From the NCBI GenBank assembly GCA_035765775.1, contig DASTWV010000059.1:417555-481554 (forward strand): DNA of 64,000 bases, in the 5' to 3' direction. The DNA comes from Actinomycetota bacterium (GTDB taxonomy: Bacteria; Actinomycetota; CADDZG01; JAHWKV01; JAOPZY01). The translations under genes were made by a program, and so were the position numbers. Below are positions 10,233-18,540 of the stretch, piece by piece. The notes under the pieces were generated by a model, which was given only the letters and a program-made list of their open reading frames with translations, did not search any database and was not told where the DNA came from. The first letter of the stretch is position 1; each line of letters starts with the position of its first letter.

Positions 10233-11846
10233 CTACGTGACCTGGAAGGTCACAAAGTCCCATCCCGTGGCCGGGCCCGGGTCCGGCTCGGCGATGTCGG
10301 CGGTCTGCACCGCACCGGTGCCGTCGGTCGCCCGCACCATGACCCTCGCCGGCCCCCGGGGGGCGGTGATGCCGATCGCCCACATCCGCCAGGTCACCGG
10401 CGACAGCTCCCGCTTCAGCAGGGCGGCGTGCCAGGTGGCGCCGCTGTCGTAGGACACCTCCACCTTGGAGATCCCCTTGTCCCCGGCCCAGGCGATGCCC
10501 GCCAGAGAGGAGGCCTGCCCCACCCTCGACCCGCCCTGGGGGACGTCGATCCGGGACTGCGTCACCATGACCGCCTGCTCGTCCCAGCCCCGCACCTCCC
10601 AGTAGCCGTTGTAGTGCTTGGTCACCGCCTCGACCGACTGCACCCACTTGGGCTGCTTCATGCCGTAGAGGCCCGGGATGATGATGCGCACCGGGAAGCC
10701 GTGCTCGATGGGGAGCTGCTCGCCGTTCATGCCGAAGACCACCAGCGAGTCGGGCTGCATGGCGCGGGACAGAGGGACGGAGTCGCTGAAGCCATCGGCG
10801 GCCTTGGACACGATCTCCACCACACCTGGCTTCAGGCCCGCCCGGTTGAGGACATCGCTGAAGCGCACGCCCCGCCAGATGGCGGTGCCCACCAGGTCGC
10901 CGCCCACCTCGTTGGAGATGCACGACAGGGTGTGCGCCACCTCCACCACCTCGAACTCGGTCTGGAGCTGGTGGAAGGTGAGCACGAAGGGGCCGTTCAC
11001 CGCCCCGCCCACGGTGAGCGTCCAGGTGTTGGCGTCCAGCGAGGGCTTGATGAAGTCGATGTCGACGTTGTAGAAGTCGCCGTTCGCCGTGATCTCGGGG
11101 GTGAGGCCGGCGACGGCGGGGAAGTTGGGGTCCGGTCCCGGGTTCACGAAGGGCTGGGCGGCCGGCACGATGGTCACCTTGGCGGTGCGCTTGAACAGCG
11201 CCTTCACCAGGGCGCCGCCGCCCAGGAGCACCACGCCCGCCGCCACCGCCCCCCGGCCGAGGAAGCTGCGTCGGGACCGGCGGATGGCGTCGAGGGGCGA
11301 CTCCTCGCCCTTGATCTCCGGATCCAGCACGGTAAGGAATCCGGTGCCACACGCCAGCCGGGCGTACAGGTAGGCGGCGAAGAGGTAGACCACGAAGGCG
11401 TACCAGGACGACCCTTCGTCGCCCGCCAGGGCCAGGATCGAGGCGGCGGCGAAGAGGGCGCCGCCCAGGGCGATCCCCCACCGCGCCCGCCGGGGCGGGC
11501 TGGTGACGGGGGCGAACAGGGTGGCCAGGTAGCCGGCAACCGCCAGCAGGGCGAGGTGGATCCCGAGGTACAGCAGGCGTTGCGCCCAGTGCTGCAGGCC
11601 CCGGATGGCCACTTGGTCCAGCTTGCCGGGCGCCAGGGTCCGCAGGACGTCCTGGATGATGGCGGGCGGGTAGGGGACGGCGCCCAGCAGTCGCCGGACG
11701 ACGTAGGTCAGGGCCAGGGCGAGGGCCATGCCACCGGCCCCGAGGCCGAAGCGGACCCAACGCTCGGACCGCAGGGGACGCAGTTTGGGCGCCCGGCGAG
11801 GGGGCAGGATGGGCACCCTCCCGGCGGGCGCCGTGGGCTGCTTCAT
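10233..11846 (-). CDS. Sulfite oxidase-family molybdopterin oxidoreductase fused to an N-terminal polytopic membrane domain
   Basis: Moco-binding region with the conserved Cys (HTLSCISNEVGG) and a dimerisation-like C-terminus. The N-terminal ~190 aa form 4-5 TM helices, followed by an internal SRRSFLGRGAVAAG twin-arginine-like motif. Confidence 0.85.
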   Translation of the reverse strand: MKQPTAPAGRVPILPPRRAPKLRPLRSERWVRFGLGAGGMALALALTYVVRRLLGAVPYPPAIIQDVLRTLAPGKLDQVAIRGLQHWAQRLLYLGIHLALLAVAGYLATLFAPVTSPPRRARWGIALGGALFAAASILALAGDEGSSWYAFVVYLFAAYLYARLACGTGFLTVLDPEIKGEESPLDAIRRSRRSFLGRGAVAAGVVLLGGGALVKALFKRTAKVTIVPAAQPFVNPGPDPNFPAVAGLTPEITANGDFYNVDIDFIKPSLDANTWTLTVGGAVNGPFVLTFHQLQTEFEVVEVAHTLSCISNEVGGDLVGTAIWRGVRFSDVLNRAGLKPGVVEIVSKAADGFSDSVPLSRAMQPDSLVVFGMNGEQLPIEHGFPVRIIIPGLYGMKQPKWVQSVEAVTKHYNGYWEVRGWDEQAVMVTQSRIDVPQGGSRVGQASSLAGIAWAGDKGISKVEVSYDSGATWHAALLKRELSPVTWRMWAIGITAPRGPARVMVRATDGTGAVQTADIAEPDPGPATGWDFVTFQVT

Positions 11847-11862
11847 GGCCTGCGGCTCTCGC

Positions 11863-12858
11863 CTACCTCCCCAGACTCTCCCGGAGCTCCCGCGCGCTTG
11901 GTAGCGCAGGGCCGGACACGCTTCCCGCCAGCTCGCCCACTACCCCAACAGTCCTCCTGCCCGCCTCATCCGTTACAGCGACGCGGTCCCCTATGCCAAC
12001 GCTGGTGCGCACCAACGCGATCCCGAATCCGGGATCCTGCCCTGGTGGCGTGACACTGCTGACCCGGCCGGCTTCCTCATCGCCGGCTGTGACCACCCCG
12101 CGACGGGCCGGCCCGTCGAAGGCCAGGTGGCGCAGCCGGCGCTTTATCCGGCCCCGCTGGGTCATGGCCACCGCCTCCTGGCCGAGGTAGCAGCCCTTGG
12201 CGAAGTGGACCGCCCGCTCCAGTGCGGCCTCCTGCGGGAGGAGGCCCTCGTCGATGTCCACCTGGTCGCGGGCGACGCCGCATTCCACCCGGAGGGCGTC
12301 GTAGTCCTCCAGCGTGGCGGGCGACGCTCCGGCGCCGAGAAGCGACGCCAGGATGGCGGCCAACTCCTCCCGGGGACCGAGAACGTCGAGGCCGGGGGCC
12401 GGGCGCAGCGTGCGCGCGACGACAACCGGTCCGACGGCGACACTGTCGTGCTCCTCACCTCCAGGCTGCCCATCCAGCAATACGGGGAAGACGGCCGCAC
12501 AGATTGCTCCGGCCTGCGGCCCCACCACAGAGAGCACGCCGGTGGTGGCCGTGATGTCGCGGATCTCGACCCGGGTGGCGAACCTCCGACCCTCGAAGAA
12601 CTGGCGCAGGCCCTCGCCCAGCCCGGGTTCGCCGTCGGCCAGCAGCCGGTCGCCGGAGTGCAGCAGGCGCAGCAGGGCGGTCACCTTGCCGTGCGGCGTG
12701 AGCAGCAGGGCCTCGAGGCCCGTGCCCTCGGGCAGGCCGACGAGCTGGTTGGAGAGCAGCTGGTCGCAGAACCAGAGGGCCTGGTCGCCGGTGAACTCCA
12801 GCACGCTGCGCCCCGTGCGGTCGACGACCCCCGCCGCCGCAAACGCCTGATCCGCCAT
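11863..12858 (-). CDS. ygfZ: YgfZ/GcvT-like folate-binding protein (Fe-S cluster repair/tRNA modification family)
   Basis: Aminomethyltransferase-fold signature near the C-terminus (KGCYLGQE). Probable start MADQAF at 12858; the upstream part of the ORF is Arg/Gly-rich and non-coding-like. Confidence 0.75.
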   Translation of the reverse strand: MADQAFAAAGVVDRTGRSVLEFTGDQALWFCDQLLSNQLVGLPEGTGLEALLLTPHGKVTALLRLLHSGDRLLADGEPGLGEGLRQFFEGRRFATRVEIRDITATTGVLSVVGPQAGAICAAVFPVLLDGQPGGEEHDSVAVGPVVVARTLRPAPGLDVLGPREELAAILASLLGAGASPATLEDYDALRVECGVARDQVDIDEGLLPQEAALERAVHFAKGCYLGQEAVAMTQRGRIKRRLRHLAFDGPARRGVVTAGDEEAGRVSSVTPPGQDPGFGIALVRTSVGIGDRVAVTDEAGRRTVGVVGELAGSVSGPALPSARELRESLGR

Positions 12859-12996
12859 GCGCCCATGGTAGCCACCACCCGCGGGCGGGGGTCTCCCCCC
12901 GCTCGCGCAGGGGGGTGGGCACGATTGTGACGCCACCCGACGCCACCGTAAGGTCGGACGCGAAGGAACCGGACTGAGAAGAAGGGGGGCGGTTGC

Positions 12997-14253
12997 GTGA
13001 GAGAGACAGCGGAGCCTCGGCGGAGCGCAAGAAAGATAGCGGAGCCTCGGCGGAGCGCAGGGGTTCGATCCATCGTGGTCTGCGCGGCGCTGGTTCTGGC
13101 GGCGTCCGCCTGCAGCAAGAGCACCACCAGCGGTACGGCATCACCGGGGGCGTCGGGGAGCTCCTCGCCCCAGGGCTTGGCGATCTCGGTGGACAACCGG
13201 AACCCGGCGGCCAACGAGGCGTTCCTCAGCTACTTCCCGGCCACGGCCACCGTGCGCCCGGGCGCGACGCTCACCTTCAACCTGGTGGACTCGGGTGAGC
13301 CCCACACGGTGACCTTCGGCACCCTGGCCGACGCCGCGGTGAATGCCTACAACCAGAACCAGAATTCGGCCACCTCGATGGCCACCGACGCCGCGCTGCC
13401 CCAGTTGCTGCCCCAGGGACCGGGCGATGCCATCCCGTCGGCGGGGCTCCCGTGCGCCATCACCACCGGCAGCGTGCCGACGGCCACCGCCTGCACGGCG
13501 GCGCAGCAGACCCTGTCGCCGTTCGCCGGCACGGAGGCCTACTACAACAGCGGCTGGCTTGCGGCCGGCAAGCCGTTCACCCTCACGCTGTCGTCCAGCA
13601 TCAAGCCGGGCTCGTACCACTACCTCTGCCTGCTGCACCGGGAGTCGATGCAGGGCACGATCATCGTGGCGGGGCCCTCGGACACCGTGCCCCCGGCGGC
13701 CACGCAGGAGGCGGCCGGCCAGTCACAGCTCCAGCAGGAGATCGCCGCCCTGGCGCCGGCCGAGACCGGCCTGGCCAAGGGGTCCATCGCACCGTTCGTC
13801 CCCACCGGGCCGGACAAGGTCGTGGCCGGCGGGGGGACGCAGGCCTCCAACGACCTCATCACCGAGTTCGGGCCGAAGACCGTGACCACGACCGTGGGCG
13901 GCAGCATCACCTGGTACATCTTCGGGCCGCACACCGTCTCGTTCGCCGCACCGCCGTCCGCCTACGGGATCCGGGTGGGCGACACCCAGCACATCAACCC
14001 CCAGGCCGCGCTCCCGCAGGGAGGCCCGGGACAGACCGGCCCGCCCGGGGGGCCGGACCCGAACGCCGCACCCGGCATCGGGGAGATGATCAACGGCGGG
14101 ACCTTCGACGGGTCGACGTTCAAGAGCAGCGGGAGCATCATCTCCTTCCCGCCCAAGCTGACCGCCTACACGTTGAAGTTCTCCAAGGCGGGCACCTACC
14201 CGTACGCCTGCCTGATCCACCCGGGCATGGCGGGGACGGTGGTCGTCCAGTAG
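12997..14253 (+). CDS. Secreted lipoprotein with two cupredoxin (type-1 blue copper, plastocyanin/amicyanin-like) domains
   Basis: Signal peptide with LAASAC lipobox-like cysteine. Domain 1 ligands are HTVTF ... YHYLCLLHRESM. Domain 2 ligands are HTVSF ... YPYACLIHPGM. GTG start at 12997 with a G-rich RBS. Confidence 0.8.
   Translation: MRETAEPRRSARKIAEPRRSAGVRSIVVCAALVLAASACSKSTTSGTASPGASGSSSPQGLAISVDNRNPAANEAFLSYFPATATVRPGATLTFNLVDSGEPHTVTFGTLADAAVNAYNQNQNSATSMATDAALPQLLPQGPGDAIPSAGLPCAITTGSVPTATACTAAQQTLSPFAGTEAYYNSGWLAAGKPFTLTLSSSIKPGSYHYLCLLHRESMQGTIIVAGPSDTVPPAATQEAAGQSQLQQEIAALAPAETGLAKGSIAPFVPTGPDKVVAGGGTQASNDLITEFGPKTVTTTVGGSITWYIFGPHTVSFAAPPSAYGIRVGDTQHINPQAALPQGGPGQTGPPGGPDPNAAPGIGEMINGGTFDGSTFKSSGSIISFPPKLTAYTLKFSKAGTYPYACLIHPGMAGTVVVQ
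13008..13059 (+). repeat. Tandem duplication (period 30 nt; 22-nt core AGCGGAGCCTCGGCGGAGCGCA x2) inside the 5' end of the cupredoxin gene
   Basis: Seen directly in the sequence. It encodes AEPRRSARKI / AEPRRSAGV in the signal-peptide n-region. Confidence 0.8.
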
Positions 14254-14256
14254 GCG

Positions 14257-15336
14257 CTAGTCGTGGTGGTGGTGGTGGGCCCCCTTGATCCCGCGGTCCT
14301 CGTCGTGCACGTGGGGGGAATGTGCATGGCGGTGGTCCGGGGGGTCCGCCCCTCCGCCCGCGTCATCTGATCGTTGCGCAGGGGCGAAGTGGTGTGCGGT
14401 CGCCCCGTGGTCGCCTCCGGGGGCCGGCGGCCACGGGTCGAAGTGCACCACGACCCGGGCGATACCGGGCACCTCGTGGGCGATGGCGTGGCGCACCTGC
14501 TCGCCCACGTCGTGGGCCGAGCGCAGCGGGGCGTCGCCGTCCACGCCGATGTGCAGCTGCACCATCAATGACCGCCCGGCCCACCGGGCGGCAACGTCGT
14601 GCACGTCGTGCACCCCTTCCACCGCCTGGGCAGCGGCGAGGATCTGGCCCTGCAGCGCCGGATCGACGGCATCCACCACCCGGCCGATGGCCGAGCGGGC
14701 GGCGCCGACCGTGACCCAGGCGATCACCACGGTGATGCCGGCGGCGGCGATCGGGTCGGCCTTCGGGTAGCCCATCGCCACCCCCAGCAGCCCGACCAGC
14801 GCCGCCCCGGAGACGAAGCCGTCCACCCGGGAGTGGATCCCATCGGCCTCCAAGGCCACCGAGTGGATGCGCCTTCCCACGCGCAGCTTGTACTCGGCGA
14901 CGGCCTCGTTACCGATGATGCCGACGGCGGCAGCAGCCACCGAAGCACCCAAAGCGGCGATGTGCCGGGCGTGGAACATGGCGTGGTAGGACTGGTACCC
15001 GGCTACCAGGGCGCTCACCGCGATGATGAGCACCACGCCGGCGCCCGCCAGGTCCTCGAAGCGCTCGTAGCCGAAGGTGTAGCGGGAGTCGGCCGCCCGC
15101 CGGGAGGCGAGGAAGGCCAGCCAGAGCGCCACCGTCGTAAGGACGTCGCCCAGGTTGTGCAGCCCGTCGGCCAGCAGCGCCACCGAATGGCCGATCCCGG
15201 CGATGGCGAACTCCACGGTGGCGGTCAGCGCCAGCCCGGCGCTGGCAATCTTGACCGCCCGCAGGCCGTCGGCCGAGTCCCACGTCACCCGGTCGGTCAC
15301 CGCATGGTCGTGGTGGTGGCCGTGGCCATGACCCAT
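14257..15336 (-). CDS. Cation diffusion facilitator (CDF) family divalent-metal efflux protein with His-rich N- and C-termini
   Basis: Starts MGHGHGHHHDH (ATG at 15336 with GGGGAG RBS) and has 6 TM helices. HxxxD motifs and the cytoplasmic C-terminal domain ending HHHHHD are CDF features. Only the last 359 aa of ORF 14257..16002 are coding. Confidence 0.85.
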   Translation of the reverse strand: MGHGHGHHHDHAVTDRVTWDSADGLRAVKIASAGLALTATVEFAIAGIGHSVALLADGLHNLGDVLTTVALWLAFLASRRAADSRYTFGYERFEDLAGAGVVLIIAVSALVAGYQSYHAMFHARHIAALGASVAAAAVGIIGNEAVAEYKLRVGRRIHSVALEADGIHSRVDGFVSGAALVGLLGVAMGYPKADPIAAAGITVVIAWVTVGAARSAIGRVVDAVDPALQGQILAAAQAVEGVHDVHDVAARWAGRSLMVQLHIGVDGDAPLRSAHDVGEQVRHAIAHEVPGIARVVVHFDPWPPAPGGDHGATAHHFAPAQRSDDAGGGADPPDHRHAHSPHVHDEDRGIKGAHHHHHD

Positions 15337-15511
15337 CTGCCTGGCTCCCCTCGTCTGTGCCCTCTCTGGACCGAGGATAGGTGAGGTTGCATCGGGCGGC
15401 AGCGAACGGGTACCGTGGCAGCCGCCTCGGCCTGTGGCGGACGCGCCGCGGCGCGCGCCGCCCGGGGAGGATCCCAGCACCCACGAAGAGCTCGGTAGGG
15501 GGGAAACTACT

Positions 15512-16708
15512 GCCATGTCGCTACACGGAAGCCAGGGCCCGTCACAGGAGAAGAAGTCCAAGAGGCCGAGCCTCGGCGGCGGTTTCCGTCCCGCGGGCGG
15601 GGGCGGCGCAAGCGGGGGCGGTGGCCCGTCCCGGCCCACCCCGAGCAGCCCATCGGCGTCGCCCCCACCGTCGTCCGGCACCGGGGTGAAGTTCAGCCCC
15701 TTCGGGGGCGGTTCGGGTGCTGCCGGAGGCAACCCCCTCGGCAAGCTCTGGGGGTCGGAGCCCACCGGGCCCGGGATGACCGAGAACTGGTCCGATGCCA
15801 CCCGGCTCGGCGTGGCCGTCCTGGCCTTCGTCCTCATTGCCGGAGCGTTGGCCGCTCTGATCTTCGGGATCGCCAAGGGCGGCAACAAGCACGCCGTGAC
15901 CCAGACCAACACCGCACCGAACGTACTGACGCCCTTCAACCCGCCCACCACCCAGAGCGGGTCGAACACCGACATGCCCATCACCTTCACCGACGGCACC
16001 ACGGGCGACCTGCTCTACGACCCCAGCCTCAACCTCTCCGCCCTCGGCGTGGAGTTGATGGACGGCGGGCAGATGGGCAACTTCGGGCGGGCCGGTGGCC
16101 AGTTCGAAATCGACCACGGGGGCGCCAGCTTCCTGCAGACCGAGGCGGCCGCCGGCCCCGGGGTCACGTCGGTCCCCGGACCGGCGAACTCGCCGGTGCC
16201 GGTCGAGCCGGCGAGCCGGGCTGAGGGCAACAACACCGGCAACTTCCTGGACTTCAAGTTCGGCGACTGGCGGGTCGGGGTCTGGGAGGGCACCGGCAGC
16301 GACCACATGTCGCAGTCCGACGACGCCCAGTGGGCGGCGAACCTCAGCGGCCAGGTCACCCCCTCGGGCTGGCTCATCCTGACCGGCAACGGCCCCGTGC
16401 AGCTGACCCAGTACGGGACGGGCGGGGGGCCGTCGGTGGTCATCGGCGACATCGCCTCCAAGGGCATGCTCATCACTCCGGGTGCCTGCGTCACCCCGGC
16501 CGGGAGGGGTGTGGTCCAGAACAACGCCGGGCAGCCGGTGCGCATCAACCAGGAGGCGGGCAGCGTGTACGAGGGCTACATGTGCCTGGGCAGCAACCTG
16601 TCGGCCGACATCTACGGGCCGAGCGACTTCGTGAACACGGCGACCAACACGCTCCAGTTCACCAACGTGAAGCCCGGCCCGGCCCGGCCCAAGCCGAGCG
16701 GGAGCTAA
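15512..16708 (+). CDS. Hypothetical membrane-anchored protein: Gly/Pro/Ser-rich disordered N-terminus, single TM, Gly/Thr/Asn-rich extracytoplasmic domain
   Basis: Internal ATG at 15512 preceded by GGGGGGA. TM helix LGVAVLAFVLIAGALAALIFGIA. No recognisable catalytic motifs. Confidence 0.55.
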   Translation, partial: AMSLHGSQGPSQEKKSKRPSLGGGFRPAGGGGASGGGGPSRPTPSSPSASPPPSSGTGVKFSPFGGGSGAAGGNPLGKLWGSEPTGPGMTENWSDATRLGVAVLAFVLIAGALAALIFGIAKGGNKHAVTQTNTAPNVLTPFNPPTTQSGSNTDMPITFTDGTTGDLLYDPSLNLSALGVELMDGGQMGNFGRAGGQFEIDHGGASFLQTEAAAGPGVTSVPGPANSPVPVEPASRAEGNNTGNFLDFKFGDWRVGVWEGTGSDHMSQSDDAQWAANLSGQVTPSGWLILTGNGPVQLTQYGTGGGPSVVIGDIASKGMLITPGACVTPAGRGVVQNNAGQPVRINQEAGSVYEGYMCLGSNLSADIYGPSDFVNTATNTLQFTNVKPGPARPKPSGS

Positions 16709-16836
16709 CCGACCGGGTTTCCGGGAAGCTGGGCCAGTCCTCCGCCGTACGCCTGCCCGCGGCCGCTTGCGCCGGTCTTCCAGAGTGCGCAACTGGGCGG
16801 CGTACGCCGACGAGCCGTTCAATCCAGCTCGTCGCG

Positions 16837-17742
16837 GTGCTCTTGCTCGCCGTGGCGATGCCCTCGTGCGTTGCCCCGTCCCATGCCCACGACCGGAGGC
16901 CGGCACCCACCCGGACCAGCAGCCCGGCGCCGCCCTCCCCGCCCTCCCCCAGCCCCTCCCAGCCCCTGGTCGGGTGGACCGGGCCGGTCGAGCACATGTT
17001 CTTCCACACGCTGGTCATCCGGCCGGAGCTGGCGTTCACCTCCGACAGTCTCGGCCAGGGCTTCCGGAACTACTTCGTCACCTTGGGTGAGTTCCGGGCC
17101 ATCCTGGACCAGCTCTATGCCAGCGGCTGGACCCTCGTGGACATCCACCGGGCGGTCACCGGGACGGTGGAGGTCCCACCCGGGCGCAAGCCGCTGGTGC
17201 TCTCGGAAGACGACGTCAACTACTACGACTACTCGAGGCCGAGGGGCCTGGGCTGGCGCCTGGTCCTCGACCCCGCCGGGGACGTGAAGGTCGAGGTGCG
17301 GGACGACCGGGGCACGCGGGTCACCGACGATGACCTCATCCCGATCGTGGACGAATTCGTGGCCTCGCATCCCCTCTTCTCGCCCGACGGCGCCAAGGGG
17401 GTGCTGGCCCTCACCGGCTACGAGGGGGTGTTCGGCGAGCGGGTGAACGACCCGGCCGGGCCGGACGACGCGGCCAGCGTGGCCCGCGCCACCGCCGTTG
17501 CCAACCGGCTGCGGGCGACCGGCTGGACGTTCGCCAGCCACAGCTGCGGCCACATCGACCTGACGAAGGAGACCCTTGCGGGCGCGACCCGCGACACCCA
17601 GCGCTGGCTGACCGAGGCCACCCCGGTCATCGGCCCCACCGACATGTACGTGTACCCCTTCGGAGCCACCGCCACATCGACGGCATCGCGTTTGCGCAAC
17701 AGGCCAAGGGCCTGGCCCCGTTCTTCACCGTGGCCCGCGTGA
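16837..17742 (+). CDS. Polysaccharide deacetylase-like protein (NodB-superfamily variant), probably secreted/lipoprotein; 3' end possibly frameshifted
   Basis: Motifs DDVNYYDY, ASHSCGHIDL and MYVYPFG. N-terminal hydrophobic segment LLLAVAMPSC. A downstream +1 frame continues HIDGIAFAQQAKGLAPFFTVARVIDRA..., suggesting the ORF-track stop at 17742 is artefactual. Confidence 0.55.
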   Translation: MLLLAVAMPSCVAPSHAHDRRPAPTRTSSPAPPSPPSPSPSQPLVGWTGPVEHMFFHTLVIRPELAFTSDSLGQGFRNYFVTLGEFRAILDQLYASGWTLVDIHRAVTGTVEVPPGRKPLVLSEDDVNYYDYSRPRGLGWRLVLDPAGDVKVEVRDDRGTRVTDDDLIPIVDEFVASHPLFSPDGAKGVLALTGYEGVFGERVNDPAGPDDAASVARATAVANRLRATGWTFASHSCGHIDLTKETLAGATRDTQRWLTEATPVIGPTDMYVYPFGATATSTASRLRNRPRAWPRSSPWPA

Positions 17743-17812
17743 TCGACCGGGCCGCCCGGGCGCAGGGGGGCCACCCGGGCCCGCTGCCCACCTCCAGCCC
17801 GCCGCTGGAGGG

Positions 17813-18526
17813 TCAGGCGCCGGCGGCGGTACGCAGGGCCCCGGCGTAGGCGGGGCCGATGCCCCCACCTTCGTGCTTGAAGTAGCAGTAGACGTCGGAG
17901 CCTCCGGCCAGGGTTTCCCGCACGCGGCCGCCCCATGCGGTCAGCTCCTCGGGGGCGTAGTCCTCCTTGCGCAGCCGCAGGTAGACGTGCGGCGCCGTGA
18001 CCGGGACAGCAGCGAGCGGGTGCTCGGCGGTGTCGGCGCCGCACACCGCCACGTTGTGGGCTCGCATCAGGTCCACGGCCTCGGGCTCGGCCCACGACTC
18101 GTGGCGGAACTCCATAGCCACCCGCACCACCGGCGGCAGCGAGGCCAGGAACGGCTCCAGGACCGCCCGCTGGTACTTGAAGTTGGGGGGCAGCTGGAAC
18201 AGCACCACCCCGAGGCGGTCCCCGAGCGAGACCGCCCGGCGGAGGAACTCCTCGACGTCCGCCTCGGCCCCCACCAGGCGCTTGAAGTGGGTGATGCGCT
18301 GGGAGGCCTTGAGGGTCAGGCGGAACCCGTCGGGCGTCTGGGTGCGCCAGGTCTCCAGGACGGCGTCGGAGGGCAGGTGACGGAACGTGTAGTTGATCTC
18401 CACCGAGGGCAGCTGGGCGGCGTAGTAGGTCAGAAACTTGGACTGGGCGAGGTCCTCCGGGTAGAAGGGCCCTTTCCACTCCTTGTAGGCGTAGCCCGAG
18501 GTGCCGACGTAGAGGGTGCCGGGCAT
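17813..18526 (-). CDS. DUF72 family protein (YecE-like)
   Basis: LYVGTSGYAYKEW...FYP motif and the ETWR...FRLTLKASQRITH pattern typical of DUF72. Confidence 0.8.
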   Translation of the reverse strand: MPGTLYVGTSGYAYKEWKGPFYPEDLAQSKFLTYYAAQLPSVEINYTFRHLPSDAVLETWRTQTPDGFRLTLKASQRITHFKRLVGAEADVEEFLRRAVSLGDRLGVVLFQLPPNFKYQRAVLEPFLASLPPVVRVAMEFRHESWAEPEAVDLMRAHNVAVCGADTAEHPLAAVPVTAPHVYLRLRKEDYAPEELTAWGGRVRETLAGGSDVYCYFKHEGGGIGPAYAGALRTAAGA

Positions 18527-18540
18527 GGGGATGGCGGGCC

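Noticed and set aside
10084-11760. 558-aa and 541-aa alternative-frame ORFs (minus at 10084 and plus at 10428) across the molybdoenzyme gene
   Set aside because: Low-complexity Arg/Pro/Gly sequences. The 10233..11846 frame carries the conserved Moco-binding motifs.
13050-13075. GGGGTTCGATCC, resembling a tRNA T-loop, inside the cupredoxin gene
   Set aside because: No complementary T-stem or acceptor stem can be built around it. It is part of the coding tandem repeat region, not a tRNA.
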